Source of the DNA: Lepidodermella squamata | Lineage: Eukaryota; Animalia; Gastrotricha | Direction: 5' to 3' | NCBI GenBank assembly: GCA_047495785.1 | Contig: JBLDXI010000038.1 | Coordinates: 844,882-908,881 of the forward strand | Length of the DNA stretch: 64,000 nucleotides | In this document: positions 13,168-28,107 of the stretch, in pieces | Position numbering within the stretch: position 1 is the stretch's first letter | Layout of the letters: each line of letters opens with the position of its first letter | Program-made: the position numbers and the translations under genes | Notes under the pieces: model-generated | The model's database searches: none | The model's input: only the letters and a program-made list of their open reading frames with translations | What the model was told of the DNA's origin: nothing

Positions 13168-13930
13168 GTCGACTAGTCTTGTAAAATCGACGTTTTGACA
13201 TTTATAAACATTTTAACCGCCTCACCTTCGATGAATATGATTTTCACCTTGTTTACATGATTTCATTTTTCTTTTGTGACCACATGGATAACCCAGTATT
13301 TTTTAAGTTAATAAAATGCGTGTTGCTTCACAACTGATGTTTTTGGCTGGATGAAAATGGCCTTGAAATATGGAATACGATATTTAGGTAACTAGTTTCG
13401 TCAGCCCATCTCACTTATATATCAAGGGCGAAAAATTATGAAAATATAGATCATTCGCAACTAACGGTACCTATACCAATCAGTAACTCAGGCTCAGGCG
13501 ACAACGTTGCTGCACAAAGAGTTGAGAATGCTGAGGTGAAGCTTTGAACAACCAGCAATGATACTGATGGACCTTCACACCTATATGACAACAACGCTTA
13601 AGGAGGTCAAGAAAATAAGTTTTATTATTATCGATTTTGACTCATTATTGTTGTACATGATTTCGATCTCCAGGAAATAACTTTTCCAGCCTACTTATCA
13701 CAGAATATCTTTTGATTTTTAGTTTAAAGTTGAGTCTGTATGAGATTCCTTACTATTGAGTGAAAATTCTATTCCGGCCGACATGTGCTAATAGGAAACA
13801 GGAAAGGAGGGAACATCAAGCGAAACAGCCAAATGAAATAATTATTAAGAGCTAATCATTGTCATGAATACACGCGACTTCCTATCCAGTCGATTGTTTC
13901 TCTCAGCGATGGCCGCCATCGCTCACAGCT

Positions 13931-16900
13931 TTAATAACAAACAACACGTGGAGCCTGTGGGAATAGGAGTTAAAGTCATGCTTGAACACAAATTCCATTA
14001 CTCACCAATGGGAAAGCTCGTCGCATTCCTTGTTGAAGGTAAAAATGGAACAGTCGTAAATATATTCAAATTGAGCTAAAAAAATCAAGTCACTTACCTA
14101 GGCATTTCTCCCTAAAAAATAAACCAGGAATTACTATTGTTACTGCTGATATATTAACTTGGTAAGTTTACCTGTCCAGAAAGATCGAATTGTTTTTCAC
14201 AGCAAGATCATGTTCAAGGGTGGATTTTGTCATGAGAAGTTGCTGTAATGTGGCTTCTGCATAACGGTGTTAATTATTGTCGTAAGTTGGCGTGCTTAAC
14301 GTTTACAAAAACTTGAACATACCCGATGCTCTTAAACGGGCATTTAAGGCGTCTACACTCTCGTAGATTTGATGTACTTCCTCAACAAGGCGATGCTAAA
14401 AATTAAAGGCGATATGAGCGGAATATCGTCGTTAACAACTAATACATACTTGTGCCGGATCTCGTGTGGCCTCGGCGTTCGGGCGGTGCGTGCGTACTTC
14501 CAACCGCGTCTGGGCGACTTTCAAGGGGTTCTCTTGCTCTTGAATAGAGCGTCGCAGAAATTCGACGTTTTGCTCCATATCGAAGATTTCTTGGCAAACG
14601 CGGCTCAGGTGCGCTTGCGTTCTGTTGCGAGCTATAAATTCAAATCAAATGTTGTCAGTGTCTCGAGTTATCTACCGTAATCTTCACATTTTGAAATGTG
14701 ATAGAACCGGAGATAGTTTGCGAAGAATACTTATATTTCGCTTGGATTTGGAACCTGGGCCAAGCTACCATTCAAATCATCCCGTTGATAAATGAACCAG
14801 GGACCAAGGATTCAATTAACAGGGACCATGGACAAAGAGGAATCTTTCAGGTTTGAACACATGAAATGCTGGGAATCTATCTTTTTGGTCCATTTAAATG
14901 GGTGAAACTAATTCCTGAGAGGGCGATACATGACGCATGCTGTAATGGACTATCTCTTTCCCCATAAAAATGCATTTTACGCTAAGGAATGAAGATGACC
15001 CATAATATATTCGTTGAATCTTCAAACCTTCAGTTGTTTCTTGCACTCGGCGAGACAGCTCTGCATTCACCGAGTTCCAAGCTTGCCACATGTCATTAGC
15101 ACATTCGTCCAAGGCCTATAAACCACATTTTCATTAAAATGAAGTTGACGATAGCAGCCGACTGAATACATACCTTAGCTATGTCTGCGCGAAGTTCTTG
15201 TGATCTTGCGCGCTCACCTAGGATACACAATTAATTAGACAGGTGATCGTGGAAGTTTCGCAGCTATAATAACATACTTTGAGACCGAAGGATGTGTGAC
15301 TCGGTCAATCTAGCCCAAGTTTCCGGCACAGTTGTAGTGTTATCCACTCGCTCTATTCCTAATGGTATTATAATCATATCAACAATGAAAAAGTTGATTA
15401 TTATTTTTAGATTACTTACCGTTAACCAAAGCTACCCCGCGGCTGGAGTTTCGAAGGGCAGCTGCGCTTTGATCTGCCATTAGAGCAACAAATTTATCGC
15501 GGCTGTCGTTTTCCAACTCATGTAGAGTAGCGCGGTCAACCGCCATTTGGCCATTGGTTCTGCAATAATTCATATTTCACCCCTGTTTCTTTGCAATAAA
15601 AGAAAAAATACCGCTCCAGCAAACTGCGCATTCGCTCTTGACAACGTCTCACCACATCCACCTCTATTAACATGAGTAAATTATCTCATCATCGAAACCG
15701 TTTCTTGTTTAGGGATATATAACTCACCACTGAGTAGAGACCGTTCCACATTGTCATGAACTAGAAAAATGAGTATATTTTCGTTGTTATATCAAAAGAG
15801 CATCGTAAAAACAAACCTAGTTCAATGCCCTGCCGTTTTTCCCGCTCATACAAACATTCTTGGGCGATTTGCAACGGTACTGCAGCTTCAGCAAGCGATT
15901 TTTCTAGGCATCGTTTAGATTCCGCCAAGTTTGCCATCTCTCGGTTAAGAGCATCGGTCTCATTAGATAGCTCGCTGCGCCAGAATTCGATGTCGGAGAT
16001 TCTTTCGCCGAGACGTTTTCCAGATTCATCCTATTATTTGATTGATTGATTTCATTGGCTTTCTGAGTTTATTCGCGTTTCATCTAAATTTTTACCTGAG
16101 CTCTACGTGTGCGTTCTTCAACTTCTCTTGCCATGCGAGAAGCTTCCATTCTTAAACGTTCGCCTGCTGATTTGAGTTTGTCAGCCGCCAGCCAGTTGAA
16201 GGAATTTACTCGCTGCCATTCGTTGGGCGAGTAACGCGTGTAAAGAGCAGCGCGAGTGGCGGCCAAGACATTGGGCGTTCTCAGGGGATCCACCGTATCT
16301 AAATGAAGCTGCGCACTGATTGGAGCAGGAGCACTACGGCTAATGCTTCCGGCAGCTCGGAGCCGGGGCGCGGAAACCGATTGAGACATGAAAGGCGACA
16401 AGCTTTATACGAATAATGCAACGGTATTATTTTTTGTCGACATCACAATAAGAGAATAGGGGAAATATGGGCACAGTTTCGATTATTTAATTGTTAGCCC
16501 AAGACTAGCCTAGATCTTTCACAAAATTTACCTGCTGCTCGATAAGCCTGGAGGAGGACTTGACGCAGGTGCACAAAGAGCGCCTAATACGAAAATGATA
16601 AAAGTGGTAAGAATATAATTGGCACAATATTAGAACATCTTCATACCGGCAGAAGCACCTGGTCTAAAATCCAGCGTAGTGTAAGCCCTGCGCATAGGCG
16701 TAGGATTAGGATGAGTATCGGTCGTGCTATCAAAATAGAAAATTATTTCCGTGAGATGAACATTTTGATCGACTATTTTGGTATTACTTGAAATATCTTG
16801 GATTAGGATCTGATGTTTGATTCAGGATACTCGGCAATCCTCCAGAATCTACTCCATTTCGAGCGAACATATCTGTCCGACCCGTAGGTGTTGTTAGATA

Positions 16901-16975
16901 CGCAGCAGTAGCCGTCGAACCCATGTAATGTGCGGCATTGACACCGTTCATTGGGTTCATAGTTGCGGTCGCCAT
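13931..16975 (-). CDS. TEKT3: Tektin (tektin-3/5 group)
   Basis: [10 protein letters not shown]; [15 protein letters not shown]; [25 protein letters not shown]; TVPETW; [27 protein letters not shown]. About 17 coding exons reconstructed by eye. Confidence 0.9.
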
Positions 16976-17829
16976 ATATACAGCTATATACCAACCTCAA
17001 TTTAAATATTCTATATTATGGGAATGATTTTTCAACTTCGCTTGCCGAAGAATGTTCATGCAACAACTGATGCATTTTTATGAGTAATAATCAAAATTGT
17101 ATTGGTCATAAGAACGTATTAACTTGAAGTCACAGTCGAAAATTTAACGAAACGTTTTAAAAGAGAAGCTCCTTATACGACCCTAACAAGCTCTCAGTGC
17201 CCTTAAGCAATGAGGCGAAGTCCTGTAGCTATTGATAAAATTTTCCTCAAAAAGTATTTACGGCGTCATTCATCACGACTGACCTGCCGTTGGATACAAT
17301 CTCAAGGAGCCTCACTTTTTGCCCTATATAGAATGGTTTACACAGTTATATTATTATCTATATAATTCAAAAAATGTAGGCGGATTAATTGGCTTCCTTT
17401 CGAGATAAACATATTGTACAGCAGTGCATTCTTACCTGTATTTTGAGCATCAGAGATCAGAGATATCGATATAAAACTCAAATGTTACCGTTCAAAATGT
17501 TGAACAAAGTATCAATAATATCACTTATCAGCGGTCAAATATAATAACATATTATCATCTGAAAGCAATATGTGTTTACTTTCGTAGTCACTATTATAAT
17601 GTACGAGAGAAAACCGATTATAATTCATCTTTGATTCAACAGATAAGTGCGCTCATTTTTATTCCGAAAAACGGATGAAAATGAAGAACTGCGCCTTGGT
17701 CTTTTTTCAAAATGAAATTTTTCGAAAGCTGATTGGCTCGCGTCATTGTCTCAAAACATCAGAAATTTCCTACAACAGGGAAGAAAGTAAGAGCGCAGAG
17801 GCCAGCGCAGGGGCCAGCGCGGAAGCTAT

Positions 17830-17915
17830 GGAAGAAGAAGAAGAAGAAGAAGGAAGAGAGATAAGAAGAAGAGTGGAAGAATGAGAGAGGGAAGAAGGGA
17901 AGATAGAAAAGGAAG
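17830..17915. repeat. (GAA)n / purine-rich low-complexity tract
   Basis: Direct inspection. Confidence 0.7.
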
Positions 17916-19528
17916 ACTTTCCATGCACTCAAGTCAGATAGAGCAAATCATTTTTTAAAAGACGCGTCTGTGAAAAATAGCGCATGGAAAGAAATCATGC
18001 CGTACGTATGTGAGTTTTTGTGTATGTATGTGTCATGTTATATTGCTGGATGAGAGAAAGAATCAAGAATAGCCAGTGTGTCACCAGGTAACCGTCACCC
18101 AGGGTTTCTATTGAACGTGCGCACTATATCGATCCGCACCCTCATTTCAAGCAGCAGCAGCGGCGGCAGCGACGGCAGCGCAGAAAAAAACAACGCCATT
18201 CTACTTGTATATTCCAGCACCTCGAGCTGCCTGCGCTAACCAGTGGTATCGATAGGTATACATCGTCTCGCAAATAGCAGCAATCATTGCTTGCCACACG
18301 TTTAGTAGAAACCCGCCATAATACAGGCATAATCGATCAGTATAATTTACTATAGCAATTTGGATTGCTAAGTTGAATTTATAATAATATTGTAAGGAAG
18401 TGATTTCTTTTGAAAAATTACAAGCGAGGCAATGCTAATAATATGCGATCGATATATTCGTGACAGCCATATACAGCCATATACACATGTGGTTGTAATA
18501 TCTACGAAGACCGCAGTTATTTATGTTTATCATCTGGTTTCAGGCGGGGCAATCGATGTAGACGTGGAGTGTTCCACTTGCCATTTCTGTTATATTATTC
18601 CGGTTTTTGTTCGTTGAATTTCATCCAATTCATTGGAACATGAGATTTTTTTGTACAGCTAAGGAATGCGGGAATCGGCTTCGTTCTTAGTCGAAGGAGA
18701 TAAACGCCGAACTACATCGTTGTCAAACTGACGTTGCTGTGGAGCAGTCATGAGTTAAAATTGGACTTGAAAAGCTAAAAAGAACCTCTCATTGTTTGTT
18801 AGGTATTTGCAAGTTGAAATAGATTCCAATTCAGATGTTTCAAAATAGAAGTCGGTGTTACTGTTAATGTTACGCTTGATGGGACTAATCCAACGACATC
18901 AGCATTCGGAGCTTGAAAAATAATACATTTCAGGGTAATAACGAAGATAATTTCGAATCCTCTTTATTCGATTTAGGTATCAAATCATCAAAAACATTAT
19001 AGGAAAGTTTGACATCAGAGATCAACACAGAATATTCATGAGTAAAAAACATTTGAACGCGCGTACCACAAATAATCGTCTACAGACTGAGATCACTTCA
19101 GCAACAACAATTTAATTAGAGACAGAATCTACCCTTCGACGACAGACACCTTTCAAAAGTGCTTCGAAAACCTACGATGGCCGACATCATTTTCATTCAG
19201 ATTGAATTCAAGAATCATTCACGGCGTTAGCGAGAAAAATTATTCTACAACGTTTCCAACTTCAAGGGTACTATTTGAAATTATTTAAGATGAACTGACT
19301 GTAAAATTTAACTTGTGCAATAAGTGTACTTCGCCTATTACAATTAAATGCTGAAAATCATGGTGTTAATTAGTGTTTCCTCGCACGATAATTAAACAAA
19401 ACGCAATTATGTAGCCAATCAGATAGGCATATTTTCTTGTAGCTCAATCGGAGCTATATAGTACACTGTGAAATAAACGCAAGTAACAAGAGCATAATTC
19501 TTGACAATCAAATATGCATCCTTCGGTT

Positions 19529-21760
19529 TCATCCGTGTTGCTCTGAGTAAGCTCTATCGACGCCTGCACCTACATCAAATATCTTCAAATCTTGAACATT
19601 CGAACGTGTTGACTCTTTAGTAGAGGCCATTTTAATCGGAGCAGTTGCCGGCAGCGCCCATTTTACATCAACAGCTTCCAGATCAGTCCCGATACCTAGA
19701 CAAACAAAAAATATTATCAGGACGCCTGGGGACTAGCAGCGTTCGATCACATAACGAAGCCTACACCGCATCGCCATGCGTGCAAGGAGCTTTTCAAACC
19801 ATTAGTAACATGAGAAAGTCCTTTACGTTAATAATAACTACCTCTACCTAATTGTTATGCCGGTTGAGAAAGTTCAAGCCAGCGAAGCTCATTTCACCTC
19901 GGCAGAAATCGAATGAAAATGAAAGTGTTTGAAAGCTCATGAGCAAATGTTTGACGTCCTATCGAAAGGATGATTTAGGAATGAGGGAAGGCCTATTCAG
20001 TTAAAAAGTCTTAGTTAAAGATAAAGCTACTTTTTGAAAGTTCAAGCTTATCCGCTACATTCAAAAGATTTCGCTAAGACAAAGCGGCAAAAAATGAAGA
20101 TTTATTATAGTTGTTTATTCCTTAATGTTAAACTAAGACCTTTTCTGACCTAAGGGGAATTTTCATGAACCTTATTTCAATTTAAATAGAACGATTAATT
20201 CTATTATCATAGGCTTAAGCGAGTAGTGAGGTTTATACTCTACGCTGTAGCTAAGTTGGCTATCCACAGCATGAATTTCAACAGTTAATGACACTCACCT
20301 TCTTCGACATGACGGTGACGGCGCTGCTCTGTTGAGTGACGATTTTGCGAACGGCCAAGACCACCGGAAGTAAGCCGTTTTAACTCACGGTACTTTTCGT
20401 AAAGAGGACGAACTATTTGTCGTTCCACTTTATCGATTGGTCTCCCGTAGCTGGATTCTAGCTGTAACAATGCACGCTGCAGAGCTGTAACATATAACAG
20501 CATAGCAACATAGAGCATAAACTCGATATAAATATTTTCCACCCACCTATTTTCTCTTCAATAGATGAAATGGAAGATTTCCTCGCCAGCAATCCGCTGT
20601 TTGTATGACTAACAATGCCAAAGCGATCGCACAATATTTGAACAATCCTACTGAGGTGAGCTATTCGACTGTTATGATGATCACTGATATGACAGCAAAG
20701 CAAAGAAATAATAAAAGTTATTCTCAGCACTATTCACTCACCTTGTTCCAAGATGCAAATGCGTTCCTGGTCGACCGTTATGAAAACTCAGCGAATTTGT
20801 ATTATTATGGGCTTGTAATATTGCTGATTTCGTATTTGTCAATTCATCTTTATCATCGGCATCTTCGGTTTTGTGGCCGTCATCATCATCGCCATCATCA
20901 TCCTCAGGGCACGCGGAAGAAAAATCACATTTGCTGACACTCAGTTGATTGCTTGATTTACTACAATTGAGAGTTATTTCACGAGACTTGGAGGGTACGG
21001 ATTCGACTCGGCTTTGTTGCTGTGGTAATTGAAGTTGTGAAGTAGACATAACAGATTGTATCGCATTTGCATCGATTGGCAAACGATGGAATAGCCTTTC
21101 CCTGATAACTGATCGAATTACTGCGAGCCATAAGTTTTGAAAATCTGCATTGACCTGTCGATCACAGTCATAAACTTCGGCCGCAGAACAGCTACTGGGC
21201 TTCAGTATCAATCTCTCCGTAAGCTTTGTCAGCTTAGACAGCCTTGCAAGACCTGTTAGAGACTCTGGACAACCGAACAAGCCTGGGGCAAATACGACAG
21301 CTAATTGAGCAGCGCCCATTCGGGTTACATCCGAGGACTCGATTAATTTGTTTAACATTCGTAAAATAGCCAAGGCTGACCTTCGGCTGTCAGCACTGAT
21401 CGTAGAAAAGCTCCTGCTTATTTGATTGTCAAGGACGGTATCCTGGACATCGGCGTAATCAAGTGTACCATCGTCCTTATCGACGATGGAGCCAACTGCC
21501 AATAATAGTGGTTCTGGAAGCTCAGCCAGTAAAAGCTTGAGAAGGCTAGCCACAGAGTAAGGGTCCGCGAATTTTACACCGCTGGTAAGATCTCGATAGA
21601 ACGCGATCCCCTCATCTTCATTAAGACGGTTTCGTAAAGCCTTGACAGACGTTTGATTAGGACAAACCCGGAATATACCTTCTTGGTCATGTCCGAAAGT
21701 CAGCAGATAATCACAAATTTTTTCTATAATTCTTCCAATTCCTTCGCTTTGAGAAGACAT
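19529..21760 (-). CDS. FAM13: FAM13-like RhoGAP-domain protein
   Basis: RhoGAP motifs QEGIFRV (Arg finger), DPYSVASLLKLLLAELPEPLL, TRMGAAQLAVVFAP; spliced C-terminal FAM13 signature EEKIALQRALLQLESSYGRP..VERQIVRPLYEKYRELK. Last exon (~19695-19529) tentative. Confidence 0.82.
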
Positions 21761-22458
21761 CGCAGATGGAGATTGGGCACGATAAATATTATGCTCCAGT
21801 CATACTATCGGCTATCGGCTATTCATCATCGGCAGAGATTCAAGCCGCAATCGAATGGATCATTTGAGCCAGCATGAACCATTTCACAGCTCCTCCTAAT
21901 TTAGGACAGGATTCGCGCCAAGGTGATAAATCTCATTCTCATCAAGGGAAGGATCGATTTTAGAGTTGACCAATCTTGCAAGAATAAGTCTTAGAAGAGG
22001 AATTCCCCTCGATAAATTTTTTTTATTAATGATGATCAATAATCAATAAGTATTGACGTAGATAGTTAAATAAAATATGTAAATCTATGTTTAAATACTT
22101 ACATATTCAAAAATGATCAGTGTTTATAAAAATTAGAAAAATAATTCATTAATGAATCAGGGGTAGTCTGTTTGAGGGTTGTTTTAAATAAATAAGAATA
22201 TGTATGAAAGGTGGTGCAAAGAAAGTTGTTGGGTGGAGGGTGGAGGTGGTGAGTCATCATTGAACATATTATCTACTGGGTCTTCCATAACATTTTGCTT
22301 ACAGCTGCTCAGGACTCTAGAATCTCATATCGAAGCAACTAAATGGATAAAATTGGTTGGCCTATGTTTTTTAAAACGGTTATACCAGCAAGTTACTTCC
22401 GCTATTCTGATGATGTTGATATGCAGTCTCAAACTCACCCTCCTCGCCTGATGAGGCA

Positions 22459-22824
22459 ATCTGTTAATTGAAGGAGTCACTCCCTTCTCATGCTCGTGTT
22501 GACGTCAAGCGAAGTGTGTTGGAGAGGCGATGATCGAGAGCTATGAGCTATGGACACGGGTCTACGCGTGGCTGGCATTAAAGGGTAATGGGTGAAGGGT
22601 GATAATGTTAAATGTTACCCGTTACTCGCCGCATCCTTAATGGTCAGTAGCTAGTAGCTCGGGCGACCATCTAAGATCATCCTCCTTTGCACACGGCTCA
22701 CGCTGAGGAAGTGCGGCTGTTAAACTCTTTGGAGCTTAGGTTGATCACGTCAGCTTACAACGGCCGGAGTGTCGTCTTGGCTCTTGACAAAACTCTTGAT
22801 CTGTTCAGATGGAATTGTGTTTTT
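22459..22824 (+). ncRNA. Candidate structured RNA, family unknown
   Basis: Nested series of complementary helices with many G-U pairs on the + strand (see findings); no family motif recognised. Confidence 0.4.
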
Positions 22825-22860
22825 ACATTTTAGATTTTACCCACCGTAGTGTAGATTGAG

Positions 22861-24720
<1,860 letters not shown>

Positions 24721-26203
24721 GAACAGAAGCCTGTATTAACGTGGTAAATGTGTGTGTGGCGATTTTGGCTTCGCCGGCCAGTGCTTGCATCGCTTTCGAA
24801 TTTGCACTCGCTTCGTCCACTCGAATGAATGATCTGTATGTCTCAAGGTGATTGACATTTATTTATTATCACGGATGCGCCTAACTCGATGAACTCTATT
24901 TCTAATACTACTTATACTTTACTGTTCGTTATATGCGTGTAATATTGTTCGCATTAAATGTTGAATTTTAGTTCAAATTTGAGGTATTTATTTACAGTTA
25001 ACAGTTTTGCATTTACTGCTTCCTTGTGGGCGTTTTTGTGGCGGCTCTTTTATGAATGAGAATGCAGACGCCCTCACACACGATGAAAATTCCAATCCTG
25101 TTTAACTCAATTGTTTCTTATCTACCAAATTTAGAATATTGTGAAAGCGCCAAGGTCTATATAACTCTTTTTTGTGCATCGTCAGTTTTGATGGATACCG
25201 TCAAGCTCACAGTTTATTTGCGATTATCGCCAGCTTCATGTCAGCTCCCTTTTGATTCATATTTTTTCTATTTCTATGACATGCAGCGTAGAAAAAGTTT
25301 GATTGATTGTAACGAAGTGATGTTGTGATGTGCCACCAACTTCACAGTACGCAAACGGATTATTTATCAAGTTTGTTATCCCAGATGATTATAATTCAGA
25401 TGATGATCCACACTGTCAAGCGGTGCGTTTTGCCCTCTGCTTGCTTATCGACATTGAAAGATTTGAAGCATCGAACATCAGTCAATTCAACAGTTATCTT
25501 GCGATTTGTGGTTCGTCGCTTGCGATTTGATCGTTCCGAACTTTCGTGTATATATCTTAGAGGATTCGTTCTACGGCAACAGTATTGTGGCAATCTTTAC
25601 AAGAAGCTAAGTAGAGTTTTGTTCAAAATAAAAATCGGGCATAAATGTTTCCTTATTATTTAAACAAGGCTCATGTCGAGCCGCCGTGAGATGGAAGAAA
25701 GTGAAAGAAGAAAGAAAGCTGAATGCTTTGGACCAGTCATTGGGTACAAATTTGATTTGAGGAACTGAATGAAACTGAATACCTGAGGTTTTGCGTACGA
25801 GAATCACTCATTATTTTCAACTACAGTGAAAGCTGTCTAAACCGGACTCGGGTCGCGCCAGGCAAAATGGGCCGGTTTAGACGAAGTCCGGACGAAAGGA
25901 ACTATAGCTTCAGGATTTTTCACATTTTACGAACTTCGAAGTCATTGAAGTCCTACCTATTCCTATAAATAATTGAAATACAGAGACCTAAGTTCTCTAT
26001 GATTGGTGATAATTACAATAGAAACATTGTCGAAGGTTATTCCCAGTTCATTTTGTATTATTGTTTCACAATGGATAATGCTTGAACGAGGAAAAATGGC
26101 GAAAATACATAAATTGGCAGTAGTTGGCAGGAATTATTTAACATCAGGCAAGCTTCGCGGTTATATATTTAATACTGCATATTACTAGGGCTAGCACTCG
26201 TCA

Positions 26204-28107
26204 TTATATGCGGTTATCCGCCACCTCTTCCTTTTTGCGAAGCCAGATATCGCCTGTTAAAATCTAAAAAGAGGTTATTTCATTTCAATTAAATACAGCC
26301 AAGTGTTCGCAATGCGCTTACCGCAGCTGGACATGCACTCGCTAGCAGTTGCGAAGTTGTTTCGCTTGTTGTTAGCTCCTGGATCACAACCCTCAAAAGC
26401 AACACAGAACCGTAGAAAATAGTTGAAAGTGTAACGCCTCTGCTTCGGTGGAGCACAGGCGGACCAGTCGCTTGATCGGAGCGTTTCATTGCATCCTAGT
26501 CGGGTGAAAACACGAATGTTGGCAAAGCATAATGAAATAAAAACAAAGCTCCACTTTGATTCCAATTGGTAGGCAGGATGACTACGCTCGTCGTGTTTGA
26601 ATCCTGTTGGGTAACGTTTGTGGACGCCTGCTGACCACTTGTTGCGTCCTCGACATTTCTCACATTCGCGTTGGTTATCAATGCTGCAACGCAATAATTA
26701 TATTATCGCAATTAAAAATCACATTTTATGTTGTATCGCTAATAATCGCTAAAATAGTACCTTTCGGGCTCTCGGGAAGCAGTCTGTTGCAGTTGCGCAT
26801 GCACTCAGCGGCAGTCGCAAAATTGTTAGCGTAGTTTTTAGTAGCCTGAGATCGAGGGCAACCGTGGAAAACTCTGCAGGTGTTGTTCTAAAGTTTTGTT
26901 TATAAATCAGCAATAAGTCGTACAGCGAAATTTCTCATTTACCAGGAAAGTATAACGGTTCTTCAGGGGCGTGCAAGAAACATCCGGAACACTTAGAGGT
27001 ATCATACATCTTGTTGAATTGGTTCCATCTATTGCAAGAATTAACTAAGTATATCCATGGCGAAGCAGGAAAGACGAACCTGGATGGAACACTGCTGCGA
27101 GACCTCCTAATCGGGCGACCACGGCCGCTGACGACGCATCAACATAAGAGCCTGATGATGATAAGAATGTGTTATAGGTATAAAATAAATAATTCTTAAA
27201 ACTGTTTCAAGTACCTGTTTTTATTTTTGATGCGTCCGATATCAAAACGAGAGTACTAGCCGGGCCATAGCCTGTAACCGCATTTTGAGCATCGGGCGCA
27301 TCGTTCATTGTTGCAACACCGACGCCAATTTGATCTGTTTCCGTTCGATAGTCGTCGTAGAAAATTCCGAGAGAATCACCCTCTTGAACAGGAATGGAGT
27401 CGGGCAGGCGCACTGTCTAAATTTCATGGTGAATTTTGCTTGCTATTTTCATCCTTGAGTGATATATTACCGTCCACTGAAACTTGTTGGTAATTGCAAG
27501 ACCATCGACGCGGGTATCGCCAACAACAGTGAATCCTCTTGCAATGCCATTTACGTAAGTATTGGCATCAGGTCTGAAAACCGCTAAATGAAGACCGTTC
27601 ACCTGAATCAACAGAATAATTTGTTGGTAAAATGCAACATGACTTGAATTTTGACCTATACTTGAGAATTTGGTGGAATAAATTTCCATGCCACTAAATG
27701 TCCATCACATGGGACCTGAAGTGAGTTTGTAAAAATTTGCAGTCTGAAAAATTAATTTATTAAATCAATAAGAAAGACACGGGGATAGTTCCTACCCAGC
27801 TTCTCGTGTAATTGTGAAGTATTTGGGGGCGGGTAACAATGGTGGCACAGTCTGGTCCTCGGAGCAAACATCGCCTAGAATTAATAGATTTTTCGCCCGC
27901 ACCGCATTTTGATAGTAAAACATACTCGTAACTTTTTCGGCGGCGGCTAGAATAATGGTCAAGGCATGCAATAACCTGTTGCAAATGATTATTGAACGGA
28001 AAAATTTCACCATAATGGTTTGCTTAATCTGAAGGTGAAACGAACCGCATAGCCGTCGTTGAAGAAACTAGTTTCGCCAGTTCGCAACTTCTCGATAAAT
28101 TCAAGTC
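26204..28107 (-). CDS. Probable extracellular protein: beta-rich N-terminal domain plus two atypical Kunitz/BPTI domains; 5' end unresolved
   Basis: Spliced six-Cys units CMIPLSVPDVSCTPLKNRYTFLNNTCRVFHGC...NNFATAAECMRNC and CNETL...CAPPKQRRYTFNYFLRFCVAFEGC...NNFATASECMSSC; hydrophobic WLLHALTIILAAA near the 5' end. Confidence 0.75.

Noticed and set aside
22433-22443. CTCACCCTC as a telomerase template for TGAGGG
   Set aside because: Telomeric repeats in this window are TTAGGG; a 9-mer match is weak evidence
22448-22475. CTGATGAG as a hammerhead ribozyme core
   Set aside because: No properly closed stem II followed by GAAA
25056-25663. Overlapping short ORFs between TMEM184B and the Kunitz gene
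   Set aside because: No homology recognised and no coherent splice model
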